Shown here: positions 18,446-28,069 of the stretch, piece after piece
How positions within the stretch are numbered: position 1 is the stretch's first letter
Layout: each line of letters begins with the position of its first letter
Source: Coleofasciculus chthonoplastes F2-STO-03
Lineage (GTDB): Bacteria; Cyanobacteriota; Cyanobacteriia; Cyanobacteriales; Coleofasciculaceae
Direction: 5' to 3'
Length of the DNA: 31,619 bases
NCBI GenBank assembly: GCA_040222015.1
Contig: JAVJWO010000180.1
Location: forward strand, 1 to 31,619
Position numbers and translations under genes: made by a program
The notes under the pieces: model-generated
Databases searched by the model: none
Seen by the model: the letters and a program-made list of their open reading frames with translations, nothing else
Told to the model about the DNA's origin: nothing

Positions 18446-18459
18446 GTAACAAAAGCTAC
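18446..18459. promoter_or_regulatory. NtcA-binding consensus site
   Basis: GTAACAAAAGCTAC = GTA-N8-TAC. I could not identify a clean TAN3T -10 box at the canonical distance. Confidence 0.55.
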
Positions 18460-18617
18460 CCGATCATCCTTGTTTGATTGTTAACTGTAAGGAGTCGGAC
18501 ACAATTAACGTTGACGGTTGAGATTGGGGAACTCTTAACAGGGAACAGGAAAGATTTGACGATTAAGATTTCTTAGTAAAGTGGACAGAATTGATGTCCA
18601 GGTACTGAATTACTCTA

Positions 18618-18735
18618 AGTCACCCGAAAAACTTCCCCGTTCAACCTATTCCAGACGTGCCATGGCACGTCTCTACAGTCACCCGAAAAACTCCCCTGTT
18701 CAACCTATTCCAGACGTGCCATGGCACGTCTCTAC
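18618..18735. repeat. 59-bp tandem duplication, each unit ending in a REP-like palindrome
   Basis: AGTCACCCGAAAAACT...AGACGTGCCATGGCACGTCTCTAC starting at 18618 and 18677. Confidence 0.88.
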
Positions 18736-19100
18736 GGTGGGCTTTCCGACCGTGAAACTGCTTTAATCAGAGAAAAATCAGCACATCTAGCTCGATTCGA
18801 TAACTTGCCTTATCATGATGTGAGTTGGTTCGTTACCAATGGTCAACCTCTCCTCGAATCAGAATCTCGCTTATTGACCATTCCTACCACAGACGGGCTT
18901 ACGTGCCGATAGGTTACAGGCGATTTGAACTAAAGACTTTACAATTAGTTACATGAATGTGGATAATGGCAAATAGTAAAATCTATTAACATTTTTTATG
19001 TTAAAGGCGAGAAAATTTAATAAAAATTTAAGCATTCAACCGTTCACTCCCGCAAAACCCTCGCAATAGTTGAGCCACGCCTCTGAGTGTGGAGAAAATC

Positions 19101-22100
19101 ATGGCTATTTTACCCACTTCCATTGAATCTACCCCCAACTCCACCAACAACCAACAGGCACCGGAATCCCAACAATACAGCGAAGCCCAATTTCAGGCGT
19201 TAGTTGCCAATGTTCCGGGCGCTGTCTATCGTTGTACCTGGGACTCGGTTGGAACGATGACGTTTCTGAGTTCAGCGATTCAGGATATTTCTGGCTATGA
19301 GGCGTCAGAGTTTATTAGCGATCGCATCCGTTCCTTTGACAGTATTATCCACCCTCACGATCGCCGTCGCGTGAAAGAAAGCGTGGGGCAAAGTATTGAC
19401 AACCAACACCCTTATGTGCTGGAGTACCGGATTGTCCGCGCCGATGGCAAAATCGCTTGGGTCTATGATAAAGGTCAAGGGACGCAGGATGAGAATGGTG
19501 TCGTCCAATGGCTGGATGGCGTGATCCTGGATATTAGCGATCGCAAACAAACCGAACTTCAACTGCGAGAGACGCAAGCCTTCCTCAACTCCGTGATCGA
19601 GAATCTCCCGGTGGGTGTCTTGATTAAAGATGCCAAAGCGTTACAGGTGATGTACTGGAACAAAACCAGCGAAGAACTCTTGGGTTACTCGAAAGCCCAA
19701 GTTCTGGGTAAGAGTGACTATGATTTTTTACCCTACCAACAAGCCCGACTCTTACGGGCGAAGGATCGACAAATTCTCATGGGGGGTACATTAGTCGATA
19801 TTCCTGAAGCCCCCTTGAACACACCCCATCGCGGCGAACGCATTGTCAATACTAAAAAAGTCCCCCTGCTGGATGAAACCGATACACCCCAATATCTATT
19901 AGGGATTGTGGAAGATATCACCGAACGCAAGCAAGCCGAAGCCGCCCTGCGAGAATCGGAACATCATTATCGTTGTATCGTGGAAACGGCATCCGAGGGC
20001 GTTTGGGTGTTTGATGAGAACAACCAAATCACCTTCGCCAATAGCCGCATGGCGCAAATGCTGGGGTATACGATCGCCCAAATGCAGGGGCGATCGCTGT
20101 TTGATTTTATTGACAGCGAATCCCAAGCGCTGATCCAAACCCACTTAGATCGTCGTCGTCAAGGAATCCAGGAACGCTACGATTTCAAGTTTCGCCGCAA
20201 AGACGGATCAAATCTATGGGCGATTATTTCGGCGACGCCACTATTTAATGATCAAGGAGGGTTTGTCGGCGTACTCAGAATGATTACCGATATTAGCGAT
20301 CGCAAACAAACCGAGGAAGCCTTACAGGAGAGAGAACAATTTTTAAGCAGCATCCTCAATGGTGTGGAAAACTCGATTAGTGTCGTCGATGTTCATCAAT
20401 GCCAGAGTGAACCTGATCGATCCTGGGAATTCCGTTATGTGGATGTGAATCCCGCTTACGAACAGTTAATCGGTATCCCCGCCGAACAGTTACGGAATCA
20501 ACCCCTCGGTGCGATCTTACCGCCGGATCGGGCAATCACGATAACTGAACATTACACAACCTGTGTCCAGACGGGAACATCCCTATCCTATGAAGAATGT
20601 TTTAGTGTACAGGGACAAGAACGGTGGTGGATTACCACATTAACCCCCCTGCGTGATCAACACGGACAGATTTATCGGGTGGTAAGTACCAGTACCAACA
20701 TCACCCAGCGCAAGCAAGCGGAACAAAAAACGGCGCGATTGACGGCGATTTTGGAAAGTACCACCGATTTTGTCAGTATGTGTGAACCGGATGGGACACT
20801 CCTCTATATTAATAAGGCGGGGCGGCAACTGGTGGGACTTGATCCAGATCAGCAGATCAGCCATCTACGGATGTGGGATTTCCATCCCCAGTCGGTGAAC
20901 CAACGGTTGTTCGCCGAAGCCTTACCCACCGTGATCCAGGACAAAGTATGGCAAGGTGAAACCTCACTCCTGCACCAACAGGATTGGGAAATTCCTGTAT
21001 CTCAAGTGGTGATGGCGCATCCCGGCGCAACTGGAGAAGTGGAGGTGTTTTCCACAATTATCCGGGATATTAGCGATCGCAAACAGGCGGAGGAAGCCTT
21101 GCGGAAATCGGAACAGGAGTTGAGAGTCAAAAACCAGGATCTCCAGCACACCTTAGATCAACTCAAAAAGACGCAAACCCAACTGATTCAACAGGAAAAA
21201 ATGGTTAGCTTGGGTCAGATGGTGGCGGGTATTGCCCACGAAATCAATAACCCGATTGGTTTCATTGCCGGGAATATTACCTATACTCGTCAATATGGGA
21301 CAGAATTGTTGCATTTATTGCAACTTTATGCTAAGCATTATCCCCAACCTGTTGCCGAAATTCAAGCCGAGATTGAGGCGATTGATTTAGACTTTGTTAG
21401 GGCAGACTTTCCCAAACTCTTGAACTCCATGGAAGAGGGTGCCAATCGCATCCGCCAAATTGTCTTATCCCTGCGGAATTTCTCCCGTTTAGATGAGGCG
21501 GAAATTAAGCCGGTGGATATCCATGACGGGATTGAAAGCACCTTACTTGTCTTACAGCATCGACTCAAATCAACATTGAATCGTCCAGAAATTCAGGTTG
21601 ATAAACACTATGGCAACTTGCCATCGGTGGAATGCTACGCCAGTCAGCTTAATCAGGTGTTTTTGAATATCCTGGGGAATGCCATTGATGCCTTAGACAC
21701 CCACCCAGAACCCCGCAAAATTACGATATGTACGGCAGTGAGTTCTCAATTACCCGTTGTACCATTGGAGGAGTCACCAGAAAACGAACCCCAGAACTTG
21801 CAACCGATTGAACGGGTAATTATTCGGATCAAGGATAATGGTTCAGGTATCCCCGAAGCGATTCAAAAGCAAATCTTTGATCCGTTCTTTACCACCAAAC
21901 CCATTGGCACAGGGACAGGGTTAGGCTTATCGATTTCCCACTCAATTGTGGTGGATAAACATGGGGGTCAATTGACCTGTATTTCTCAACCGGGTCAAGG
22001 GACAGAGTTTGTAATTGAGTTACCAGTGAAACAAAAATCGCTCTCGTCTCCGCTTAAGTTTTCCTTTGGGGAATCCTTCGCCTTATCACCCAAGTTTGTC

Positions 22101-22115
22101 CAGTCGCCAGCCTAA
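19101..22115 (+). CDS. Cytoplasmic sensor histidine kinase with five PAS/PAC domains
   Basis: Five PAS units ending (D/N)I(S/T)xRKQ; H-box AHEINNP, N-box NILGNAIDA, DNGSG, FDPFFTTK, GTGLGL; no TM segment or receiver domain. ATG 19101 is preferred over GTG 19089. Confidence 0.93.
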   Translation: MAILPTSIESTPNSTNNQQAPESQQYSEAQFQALVANVPGAVYRCTWDSVGTMTFLSSAIQDISGYEASEFISDRIRSFDSIIHPHDRRRVKESVGQSIDNQHPYVLEYRIVRADGKIAWVYDKGQGTQDENGVVQWLDGVILDISDRKQTELQLRETQAFLNSVIENLPVGVLIKDAKALQVMYWNKTSEELLGYSKAQVLGKSDYDFLPYQQARLLRAKDRQILMGGTLVDIPEAPLNTPHRGERIVNTKKVPLLDETDTPQYLLGIVEDITERKQAEAALRESEHHYRCIVETASEGVWVFDENNQITFANSRMAQMLGYTIAQMQGRSLFDFIDSESQALIQTHLDRRRQGIQERYDFKFRRKDGSNLWAIISATPLFNDQGGFVGVLRMITDISDRKQTEEALQEREQFLSSILNGVENSISVVDVHQCQSEPDRSWEFRYVDVNPAYEQLIGIPAEQLRNQPLGAILPPDRAITITEHYTTCVQTGTSLSYEECFSVQGQERWWITTLTPLRDQHGQIYRVVSTSTNITQRKQAEQKTARLTAILESTTDFVSMCEPDGTLLYINKAGRQLVGLDPDQQISHLRMWDFHPQSVNQRLFAEALPTVIQDKVWQGETSLLHQQDWEIPVSQVVMAHPGATGEVEVFSTIIRDISDRKQAEEALRKSEQELRVKNQDLQHTLDQLKKTQTQLIQQEKMVSLGQMVAGIAHEINNPIGFIAGNITYTRQYGTELLHLLQLYAKHYPQPVAEIQAEIEAIDLDFVRADFPKLLNSMEEGANRIRQIVLSLRNFSRLDEAEIKPVDIHDGIESTLLVLQHRLKSTLNRPEIQVDKHYGNLPSVECYASQLNQVFLNILGNAIDALDTHPEPRKITICTAVSSQLPVVPLEESPENEPQNLQPIERVIIRIKDNGSGIPEAIQKQIFDPFFTTKPIGTGTGLGLSISHSIVVDKHGGQLTCISQPGQGTEFVIELPVKQKSLSSPLKFSFGESFALSPKFVQSPA

Positions 22116-22132
22116 AATCAGGTAGTCTTATG

Positions 22133-22198
22133 GTGGGTGTGGGTTTAGACAGTCTCTGTGTTGGTAACGGATAACGGCTCAACCCAACCCGCCCCAGC
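22133..22198. repeat. Degenerate copy of the GTAGGGGCGGGTTT inverted-repeat element
   Basis: GTGGGTGTGGGTTT...AACCCGCCCCAGC. Confidence 0.6.
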
Positions 22199-22265
22199 GT
22201 TAACAGGCAGCTAATGACTTCACTCAACCGGATAGCTTCAATGGATAGTTTTAGAGGCAGTTAAA

Positions 22266-22886
22266 ATGGCATACAGTAACTTTAGTTTAGCCAAAGTCAA
22301 AGAGGAGTTTGATTTAACATTTACTGAAAATCAAAATGTTTTTGCTCAAGTTGAGCCAGCCAACTCCTCGGAAATTTTATCCCTACTCTTGCCTGACTAT
22401 ATTCTGCTGGCAACAGCAATTAATACAGAAAAAGCACGTTCTGAATTACTTATTTCTCAAATTTTAACCGAGGTGAGGCGCCAGTTAAATGCTCAGGTCA
22501 GTTTATTTTCAGGAACCGATTTTAACGTTGATGAAGAATTGGGATTGAATGGATACTGTGATTTTATTATTAGCGCCTCATCTGAACAGTATTTCATTAG
22601 CACTCCCGTAATTATTGTTGTGGAAGCAAAAAATGAGAATATTATCGGGGGATTGGGTCAATGTGTGGCAACAATGCTAGGAGCGCAGTTGTTTAATCAA
22701 CGGGCTGCCCATGAAATACCGATTATTTATGGTGCTGTCACGACGGGTACGATTTGGAAGTTTTTAACCTTGGCAGGGAAGTCAGTTTTTATTGATGCTG
22801 TTGACTATCATATTAAAGAAGTTGATAAAATTTTAGGAATTTTATTGCAGCCAATTCAGCAGTATTTATCAACCCAGGTTACTTAA
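22266..22886 (+). CDS. Conserved cyanobacterial PD-(D/E)XK restriction-endonuclease-like protein
   Basis: TEKARSE, GYCDF, VVEAK, GQC, YGAVTTG..WKF motifs. Confidence 0.75.
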   Translation: MAYSNFSLAKVKEEFDLTFTENQNVFAQVEPANSSEILSLLLPDYILLATAINTEKARSELLISQILTEVRRQLNAQVSLFSGTDFNVDEELGLNGYCDFIISASSEQYFISTPVIIVVEAKNENIIGGLGQCVATMLGAQLFNQRAAHEIPIIYGAVTTGTIWKFLTLAGKSVFIDAVDYHIKEVDKILGILLQPIQQYLSTQVT

Positions 22887-23212
22887 ATAATAAGTGGTCG
22901 TATAAAAAAAAGCACCGTACTAAGTTTTGTAAATACGCCTCAAACTCGGACAAAGGACAAAGGACGAATGACTTAGCTTGCTTCTTTTCGGGCAGCGAGT
23001 TCTTCACCGTTCACGTTAAGTCAGGCAGTTTTTTACTCTGTCATCGATTTAACCGGAAATAAAAAAAACACACAGAATATTTAACAAGGCTTTACATCAC
23101 TTTTTTGCCCTGAAGGTATGATGTAGATATAAAAAAAAATCTGAAATGTGGCAAAGTTAAAATTAGGACAGCTTACCCACAACTCTTGCTCTGATCACCC
23201 GACTCCTAAATT

Positions 23213-24385
23213 ATGCTGAAAACTACCCAACTGGTCAAACAAAGTTCAGTCGAACGCCTCGTCAAGCTATGGGCGCAACGTTACGTGCCAGACTTGTCAA
23301 CTCTATCCTCAATAGAAGGGGAGTTAACCCCCTTTGATTTGATAGCTGCATCTTCTCGAGAAGGGCGAATTCAAACCGTTGCCGAGACACGGCGCTTAGT
23401 CCAGATCCACTGCGAACGAGCCGGGATGAAAACCAATGCTCTTTTCTCTTATGTCCCTAATGTTGTGAATTTAGCTGAAGCACGGCGATTGGCTCAGTTT
23501 GGCTCAAAGGCTTATTCTAAGGCAATGGATGTTTATTTGCAGCAATCCCCATCTACTGCATCCCTAGCTGCAATGCGATTGACACTGACTCAAAATAACT
23601 CTGAAAACGTAATTGATTTATCAAGCAAAGTCTTTGTGAATTGGGCGAAACAAGCCTTAGAACTACCTGCCATTGAACAGCTATACACAGAGCTTGAACC
23701 CTCATTATTGGAACTTCAAGAGCAACATTTAGTCTCAAAAGATCCACGCACAATTGGTTTTATCAATACCCAGTTTCACTTCAGTGCTGCATTAATCCTC
23801 AAAAAACTCACCCTTGCCGAGCAAGTGTTGGTCAGCCCCTATCTGAAGTTTATCGAAGAGCAAGCTTGTATTCCTTGGAGACGGGTATGTTCAGCGGCTG
23901 CCCAGCATGAGCCAAGTTCACCTATCTTAGCGGTTGTCGAACAGATGCTACCGCTCAGTCACGAAATTGCCAACAAAGTTTACAATCAATGCATCGAATT
24001 ATTCCCTCATCATCAAAGCCGTCGAGGTGGACTAATTGACCCAGGTGTAACAGCCTCTACAACCAGAGATCTGAATATGTTCCAAAGCTATTTATGGTTG
24101 TGTGTGCTAGAGGAAAGTATGGCAGCCGTGGAACAAGAACTCGTACCTTTATGTGTGATGGTTTTTCCTAGCGTAGATGTAGCTTGGGATCTGGTAGCGG
24201 ATATGACCCAATTACTCATAGATGAAGTACTTGACCGTATTCCAGCAAAATCAAAGCATCTAGTACAACCCTATGCTCACACCATGAATGAAATCTTCTC
24301 CAATCTTGAGCAGAAAGCCGATGAACTTAGTCAAGGATTGTATAAATTCGTTGCCGATTCAATGCGACTGACGATGAGACACTAG
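23213..24385 (+). CDS. Hypothetical all-helical protein, possible C-terminal globin/phycobiliprotein-like domain
   Basis: 390-aa ORF with AGGA upstream; STTRDLNMFQSYLWLCVLE resembles the phycobiliprotein 'CxRD' helix (inference). Confidence 0.6.
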   Translation: MLKTTQLVKQSSVERLVKLWAQRYVPDLSTLSSIEGELTPFDLIAASSREGRIQTVAETRRLVQIHCERAGMKTNALFSYVPNVVNLAEARRLAQFGSKAYSKAMDVYLQQSPSTASLAAMRLTLTQNNSENVIDLSSKVFVNWAKQALELPAIEQLYTELEPSLLELQEQHLVSKDPRTIGFINTQFHFSAALILKKLTLAEQVLVSPYLKFIEEQACIPWRRVCSAAAQHEPSSPILAVVEQMLPLSHEIANKVYNQCIELFPHHQSRRGGLIDPGVTASTTRDLNMFQSYLWLCVLEESMAAVEQELVPLCVMVFPSVDVAWDLVADMTQLLIDEVLDRIPAKSKHLVQPYAHTMNEIFSNLEQKADELSQGLYKFVADSMRLTMRH

Positions 24386-24462
24386 GCTAAATCTGGCAAT
24401 AGGGATTGGTCATTGAAAATGGATAAAAGCCATAGGCAAACCTAGTCAATATAACCGATATG

Positions 24463-24554
24463 GCACTACGCATTGAGGTTAGGACAATAAAATTGGGTGA
24501 AAAGGCAACAGGAAACAGGCAACAGATAAATGTCATAACGTATCCCCGTAGTGC
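24463..24554. mobile_element. About 92-bp MITE-like element with imperfect 24-bp terminal inverted repeats and internal heptamer repeats
   Basis: GCACTACGCATTGAGGTTAGGACA ... TGTCATAACGTATCCCCGTAGTGC (17/24 match, outer 8 perfect); internal GCAACAG/GAAACAG units. Confidence 0.6.
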
Positions 24555-24628
24555 TAGGTTTGTAAAAAGGTTACTATCAATAGCGACAAGAAAGTTCCAT
24601 TACCCGCCCCTAAACACTCAAAACTCTC

Positions 24629-25669
24629 TCATCCCTTTGGTTTCTGTAATTGCTTCAGTGTTTGATACATTTCCGGTAACCGATTATAAATGGCGGATGC
24701 TTTCAAGAATAATTTATGGGGAACAGCGGGAGTACCAGAAACAATCGCCCCGGCTTCTACATTATTATGAACGCCCGTTTTCGCGGTTACGATCGCGCCG
24801 TCTCCAATCTTAGCGTGATTAGCAATCCCGACTTGCCCCGCGAGGATCACCCGATTCCCCACATTCACACCTCCAGCTAAACCAACTTGCGCCGCGATCG
24901 CACAAGCACCTCCCACTTGACACCCATGACCAATTTGGACTAAGTTATCAATTTTAGTCTGACGACCAATCCGAGTTTCTCCCACAGCCGGACGGTCAAT
25001 TGTCGTATTACATCCCACTTCCACCCCATCTTCTAAAACCGTATACCCCGATTGTTCCATCTTCAACCACCCCTCTTTAGTGGGGACAAAACCAAACCCT
25101 TCCGCCCCAATTACCACACCGCTATGAATCACACAATCCGCCCCAATTTGGCTACGTTCATGAATGGTACAGTTCCCATGTAAAATAGTGCGATCGCCGA
25201 TTTGCACATTGGGATAAATCACCACATTCGGATGAATACAAACCCCATCACCAATCCTCACCCCCGCCTGAATCACCACATGCGCCCCAATATAAACCCC
25301 CTCCCCTACCTGCGCCTCTGGGTGAATCACAGCGCTAGCATGAATTTCCGGTACAGGTTTCCAGGGTTGATAGAAAAGCGCGATCGCACGAGCAAATAAT
25401 AGTCGGGGTTCCGATGCGCCAATCCAAGCAATACCGCGTTCTGTGGCTTGTCTTTGTAACTCTTCATCTGGGGGTAAAATTAAAGCACTCGCCTCGGTAG
25501 TTTTCACCCTAGCGGCAAACTTCGCTCCCTCAATATAGCTGATGGTATCCTTGGTGACTTGATCAATGGGGGCAATCCCCTGAATATCTGGATCACCATC
25601 CGGATTAACCGATAGACTCGTGCGATCGGTGGCTAGATTAAGTTTTTGTACCAGTTCACTAAATTTCAT
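24629..25669 (-). CDS. lpxD: UDP-3-O-(3-hydroxyacyl)glucosamine N-acyltransferase
   Basis: Hexapeptide repeats, GAEGFGF, TTIDR, KIDNLVQIGH. Confidence 0.97.
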   Translation of the reverse strand: MKFSELVQKLNLATDRTSLSVNPDGDPDIQGIAPIDQVTKDTISYIEGAKFAARVKTTEASALILPPDEELQRQATERGIAWIGASEPRLLFARAIALFYQPWKPVPEIHASAVIHPEAQVGEGVYIGAHVVIQAGVRIGDGVCIHPNVVIYPNVQIGDRTILHGNCTIHERSQIGADCVIHSGVVIGAEGFGFVPTKEGWLKMEQSGYTVLEDGVEVGCNTTIDRPAVGETRIGRQTKIDNLVQIGHGCQVGGACAIAAQVGLAGGVNVGNRVILAGQVGIANHAKIGDGAIVTAKTGVHNNVEAGAIVSGTPAVPHKLFLKASAIYNRLPEMYQTLKQLQKPKG

Positions 25670-25737
25670 CGTTTTCTGGATTCATTATTTATCGTTCATG
25701 GTTAATTGTTAAGCCATGGATAATTCTGGGAACGGGT

Positions 25738-26127
25738 TCAATAATTTCCAATCTGTCTATTATAGTTAACAGTTACCGTTCCATTGGTTTGATTTACGGT
25801 TACGCTAGTTTCTACAGTGAACATTGTCGCACCGGGAGGGCGTCCTTTAAACGTAAACGTTACACTACCATCCTCATTTGCTGTATAAGGTGCATCTTGT
25901 ACAGGACCATGCATCGCCGCTTCAGCCCGATATTGCCTCAATCCACCATTAATCCGTTCAGCCGCTTGTCGGGCGAGATTTTTCGCTCGATTTAGGTCAA
26001 TATAATATCCGGGATCTACTTCTGGAGAAGATGCAGGCGATCGCGGGGATGTTTGGGCTATGCCATTGACGGCATTCCCGGCAAATGTTATCAGAGTTAG
26101 GGCAGAAACTATTAGAATTTTATACAT
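25738..26127 (-). CDS. Hypothetical exported protein
   Basis: Signal-peptide-like N-terminus (MYKILIVSALTLITFAG..GIAQ); GAGGA RBS upstream. Confidence 0.75.
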   Translation of the reverse strand: MYKILIVSALTLITFAGNAVNGIAQTSPRSPASSPEVDPGYYIDLNRAKNLARQAAERINGGLRQYRAEAAMHGPVQDAPYTANEDGSVTFTFKGRPPGATMFTVETSVTVNQTNGTVTVNYNRQIGNY

Positions 26128-26360
26128 ATTTCTATCCTCACAAGTTTGAAAACATATATTATCTATTATAGCGTTTTTTCTAAGAATTAGGGCTTACAAA
26201 CCTTGAGCAGCACAACCCTGGCAATTCTACGTGTTGCCGAGCAAGCTTTATTATTTATTCCTCACTAAAAAATAACCTAAATTCATCCCAAAGAATAGAG
26301 GAATACTATCATTTCATGGGCTTGTAAATCCCATCAAATTGTCCCTCAAATCCTTAACCC

Positions 26361-26400
26361 CCTCTGCGTCCCTCTGCGTAAACCTCTGCGCTCCTCTGCG
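26361..26400. repeat. Short tandem repeat CCTCTGCG x4
   Basis: Copies at 26361, 26371, 26383 and 26393. Confidence 0.8.
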
Positions 26401-27153
26401 TTGAAAAAATAGAATTCCGATACTGATAAGTTAGATTAGGACTTTATTGAATCGCTCAAACAACCAAATAGCAATAAAAACCTTTCTACCATCTGCATGG
26501 TCTCCACCTAACTGGAGTTTAGACTAATTCTGACTCGTCAGACAATGAGCGAGAGTCGTCAAGCTAAGTTGCTTTATCGACACCCTTTATAAACAGACAT
26601 TACAGCGACTTTGAAGGCACTTTCACACAGCCAGTGCGATGAGACAATTGTGCAATCACGAGACTTTTTGAAGAGGTTGAGTGAGGGTATAATTAGCAAA
26701 ACTATGCCAAACAACACAAATAATCAAGTTGCCCAAGAAGATCCACAAAACTTGCATGGCACTTTGCTTTTGGGTTTCAATTCTTCATTGCTTTAGTGTG
26801 GAATTTCTTGAAACCCAAAAAATTTACTCTGAAGTCCAAAACTCCAGTGATCGCGGAAAATTTCGGTTTCTGAAACGCTTATGGGACACTTCTGTGTTCT
26901 CAGCAATCGTTCTGAGTGGGTAGCTAACTAAAAACTCAACTTGAAACCATTGTCTGGTATACCTTCCTAACGAGTGCAGCAAGCCCTATGTAGTTTTCGG
27001 CAATCTTACTGGCTGAATTGTGCAAATAACCTTGTTGATATACGCAATCAAATTGGTAGAAAAGTGTATAGGCAATATGATTTCAATGATTTATTATGTA
27101 GATATGTTCCTCCTTGATCACCACATACGGGGTGACGGGGGTAATGACAGCCT

Positions 27154-27834
27154 ATGGAGTTTAACTCGATGATTTTTAGTCAATTAGCAAGCAATAATCG
27201 ATTCTTATTAGCCTCTTCTTTTGTGCTAACAGCTATTATTGGTGCTATGCCAGCTTCAGCAGCTTCAATTAATGGTCTATTTACAACTGGCGTGGATAAC
27301 GACAGTAATGCATTGCCTTTGGGTTTCCAGGATTCTCACTATACTGTAGTTGAAACGGGAAACAAAAACAGTTTTACAATATCAAAATCGTTACCAGTAC
27401 AGATTCCCAACAATTCAACTTCGCTGTGGATTTGGGAAAATTCTAATGCTAAGCCTATCGGGGTTACTCGAACATTTCGAACAACTTTCAATCTAACTGG
27501 ACTCAACCCAAATACAGCATCAATCAGCGGCTTATGGGCGACTGATAACTTGGGCTCAGATATTCTGATCAATGGATTGAGTACTGGAGAAAAAAGTACG
27601 GGTTACCGCAGACCCAGTTCTTTTAATATCAACAGTGGATTTGTAGCAGGCGTAAATACTCTTGATTTCGTCGTTCAGGAAACTCGCGGTGGTGATGGGG
27701 CATTTCGCGTATTAGAGATTTCAGGTACTGCTGAACCTGTACCAGAACCGCTCACTATCGTTGGTTCAGCCACAGCATTAGGTGTTGGCTCTTTACTCAA
27801 GCGACAATCTTCTAAAAATAAAAACAAAAGCTAG
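27154..27834 (+). CDS. PEP-CTERM sorting-domain surface protein
   Basis: Signal peptide (AMPASAAS), beta-rich domain (WIW, RTTFNL, TDN, GVNTLDF), C-terminal VPEP + hydrophobic segment + basic tail. Confidence 0.9.
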   Translation: MEFNSMIFSQLASNNRFLLASSFVLTAIIGAMPASAASINGLFTTGVDNDSNALPLGFQDSHYTVVETGNKNSFTISKSLPVQIPNNSTSLWIWENSNAKPIGVTRTFRTTFNLTGLNPNTASISGLWATDNLGSDILINGLSTGEKSTGYRRPSSFNINSGFVAGVNTLDFVVQETRGGDGAFRVLEISGTAEPVPEPLTIVGSATALGVGSLLKRQSSKNKNKS

Positions 27835-27860
27835 TCATTACTAGGAGCCAAGAATAAACT

Positions 27861-27885
27861 AAACCCTCAGAATATCTGGGGGTTT
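27861..27885 (+). terminator. Probable intrinsic terminator hairpin
   Basis: AAACCCTCAGA-ATA-TCTGGGGGTTT, 26 bp after the PEP-CTERM stop codon. Confidence 0.55.
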
Positions 27886-28069
27886 GGTATATTATGAGGT
27901 GCTTAGGCGGTAGCCTGTTTTTGTCCGCTATTTGGTTCTATAACACTTGTACTGTAACGGGAGCGAGAGCTAACTGCTATAAGTGTGAGTATTTAACCGG
28001 ACATGATATTATTGAGTAACGGTTTAAACCTTAAGTTTACACGGATGTTGGCGGATTGTTCCTACTCCA

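Noticed and set aside
18581..18912. Two short ORFs upstream of the kinase
   Set aside because: They span the 59-bp duplication and palindromes; no recognisable domain.
26188..26988. Possible IS remnant (TAGGGCTT...AAGCCCTA ends; short ORFs at 26611 and 26729)
   Set aside because: Only an 8-bp inverted match and no convincing transposase translation; needs BLASTx/ISfinder.
27993..28011. TTAACCGGACATGATATTA resembling a cyanobacterial MITE/IS end
   Set aside because: No partner end found in the window.
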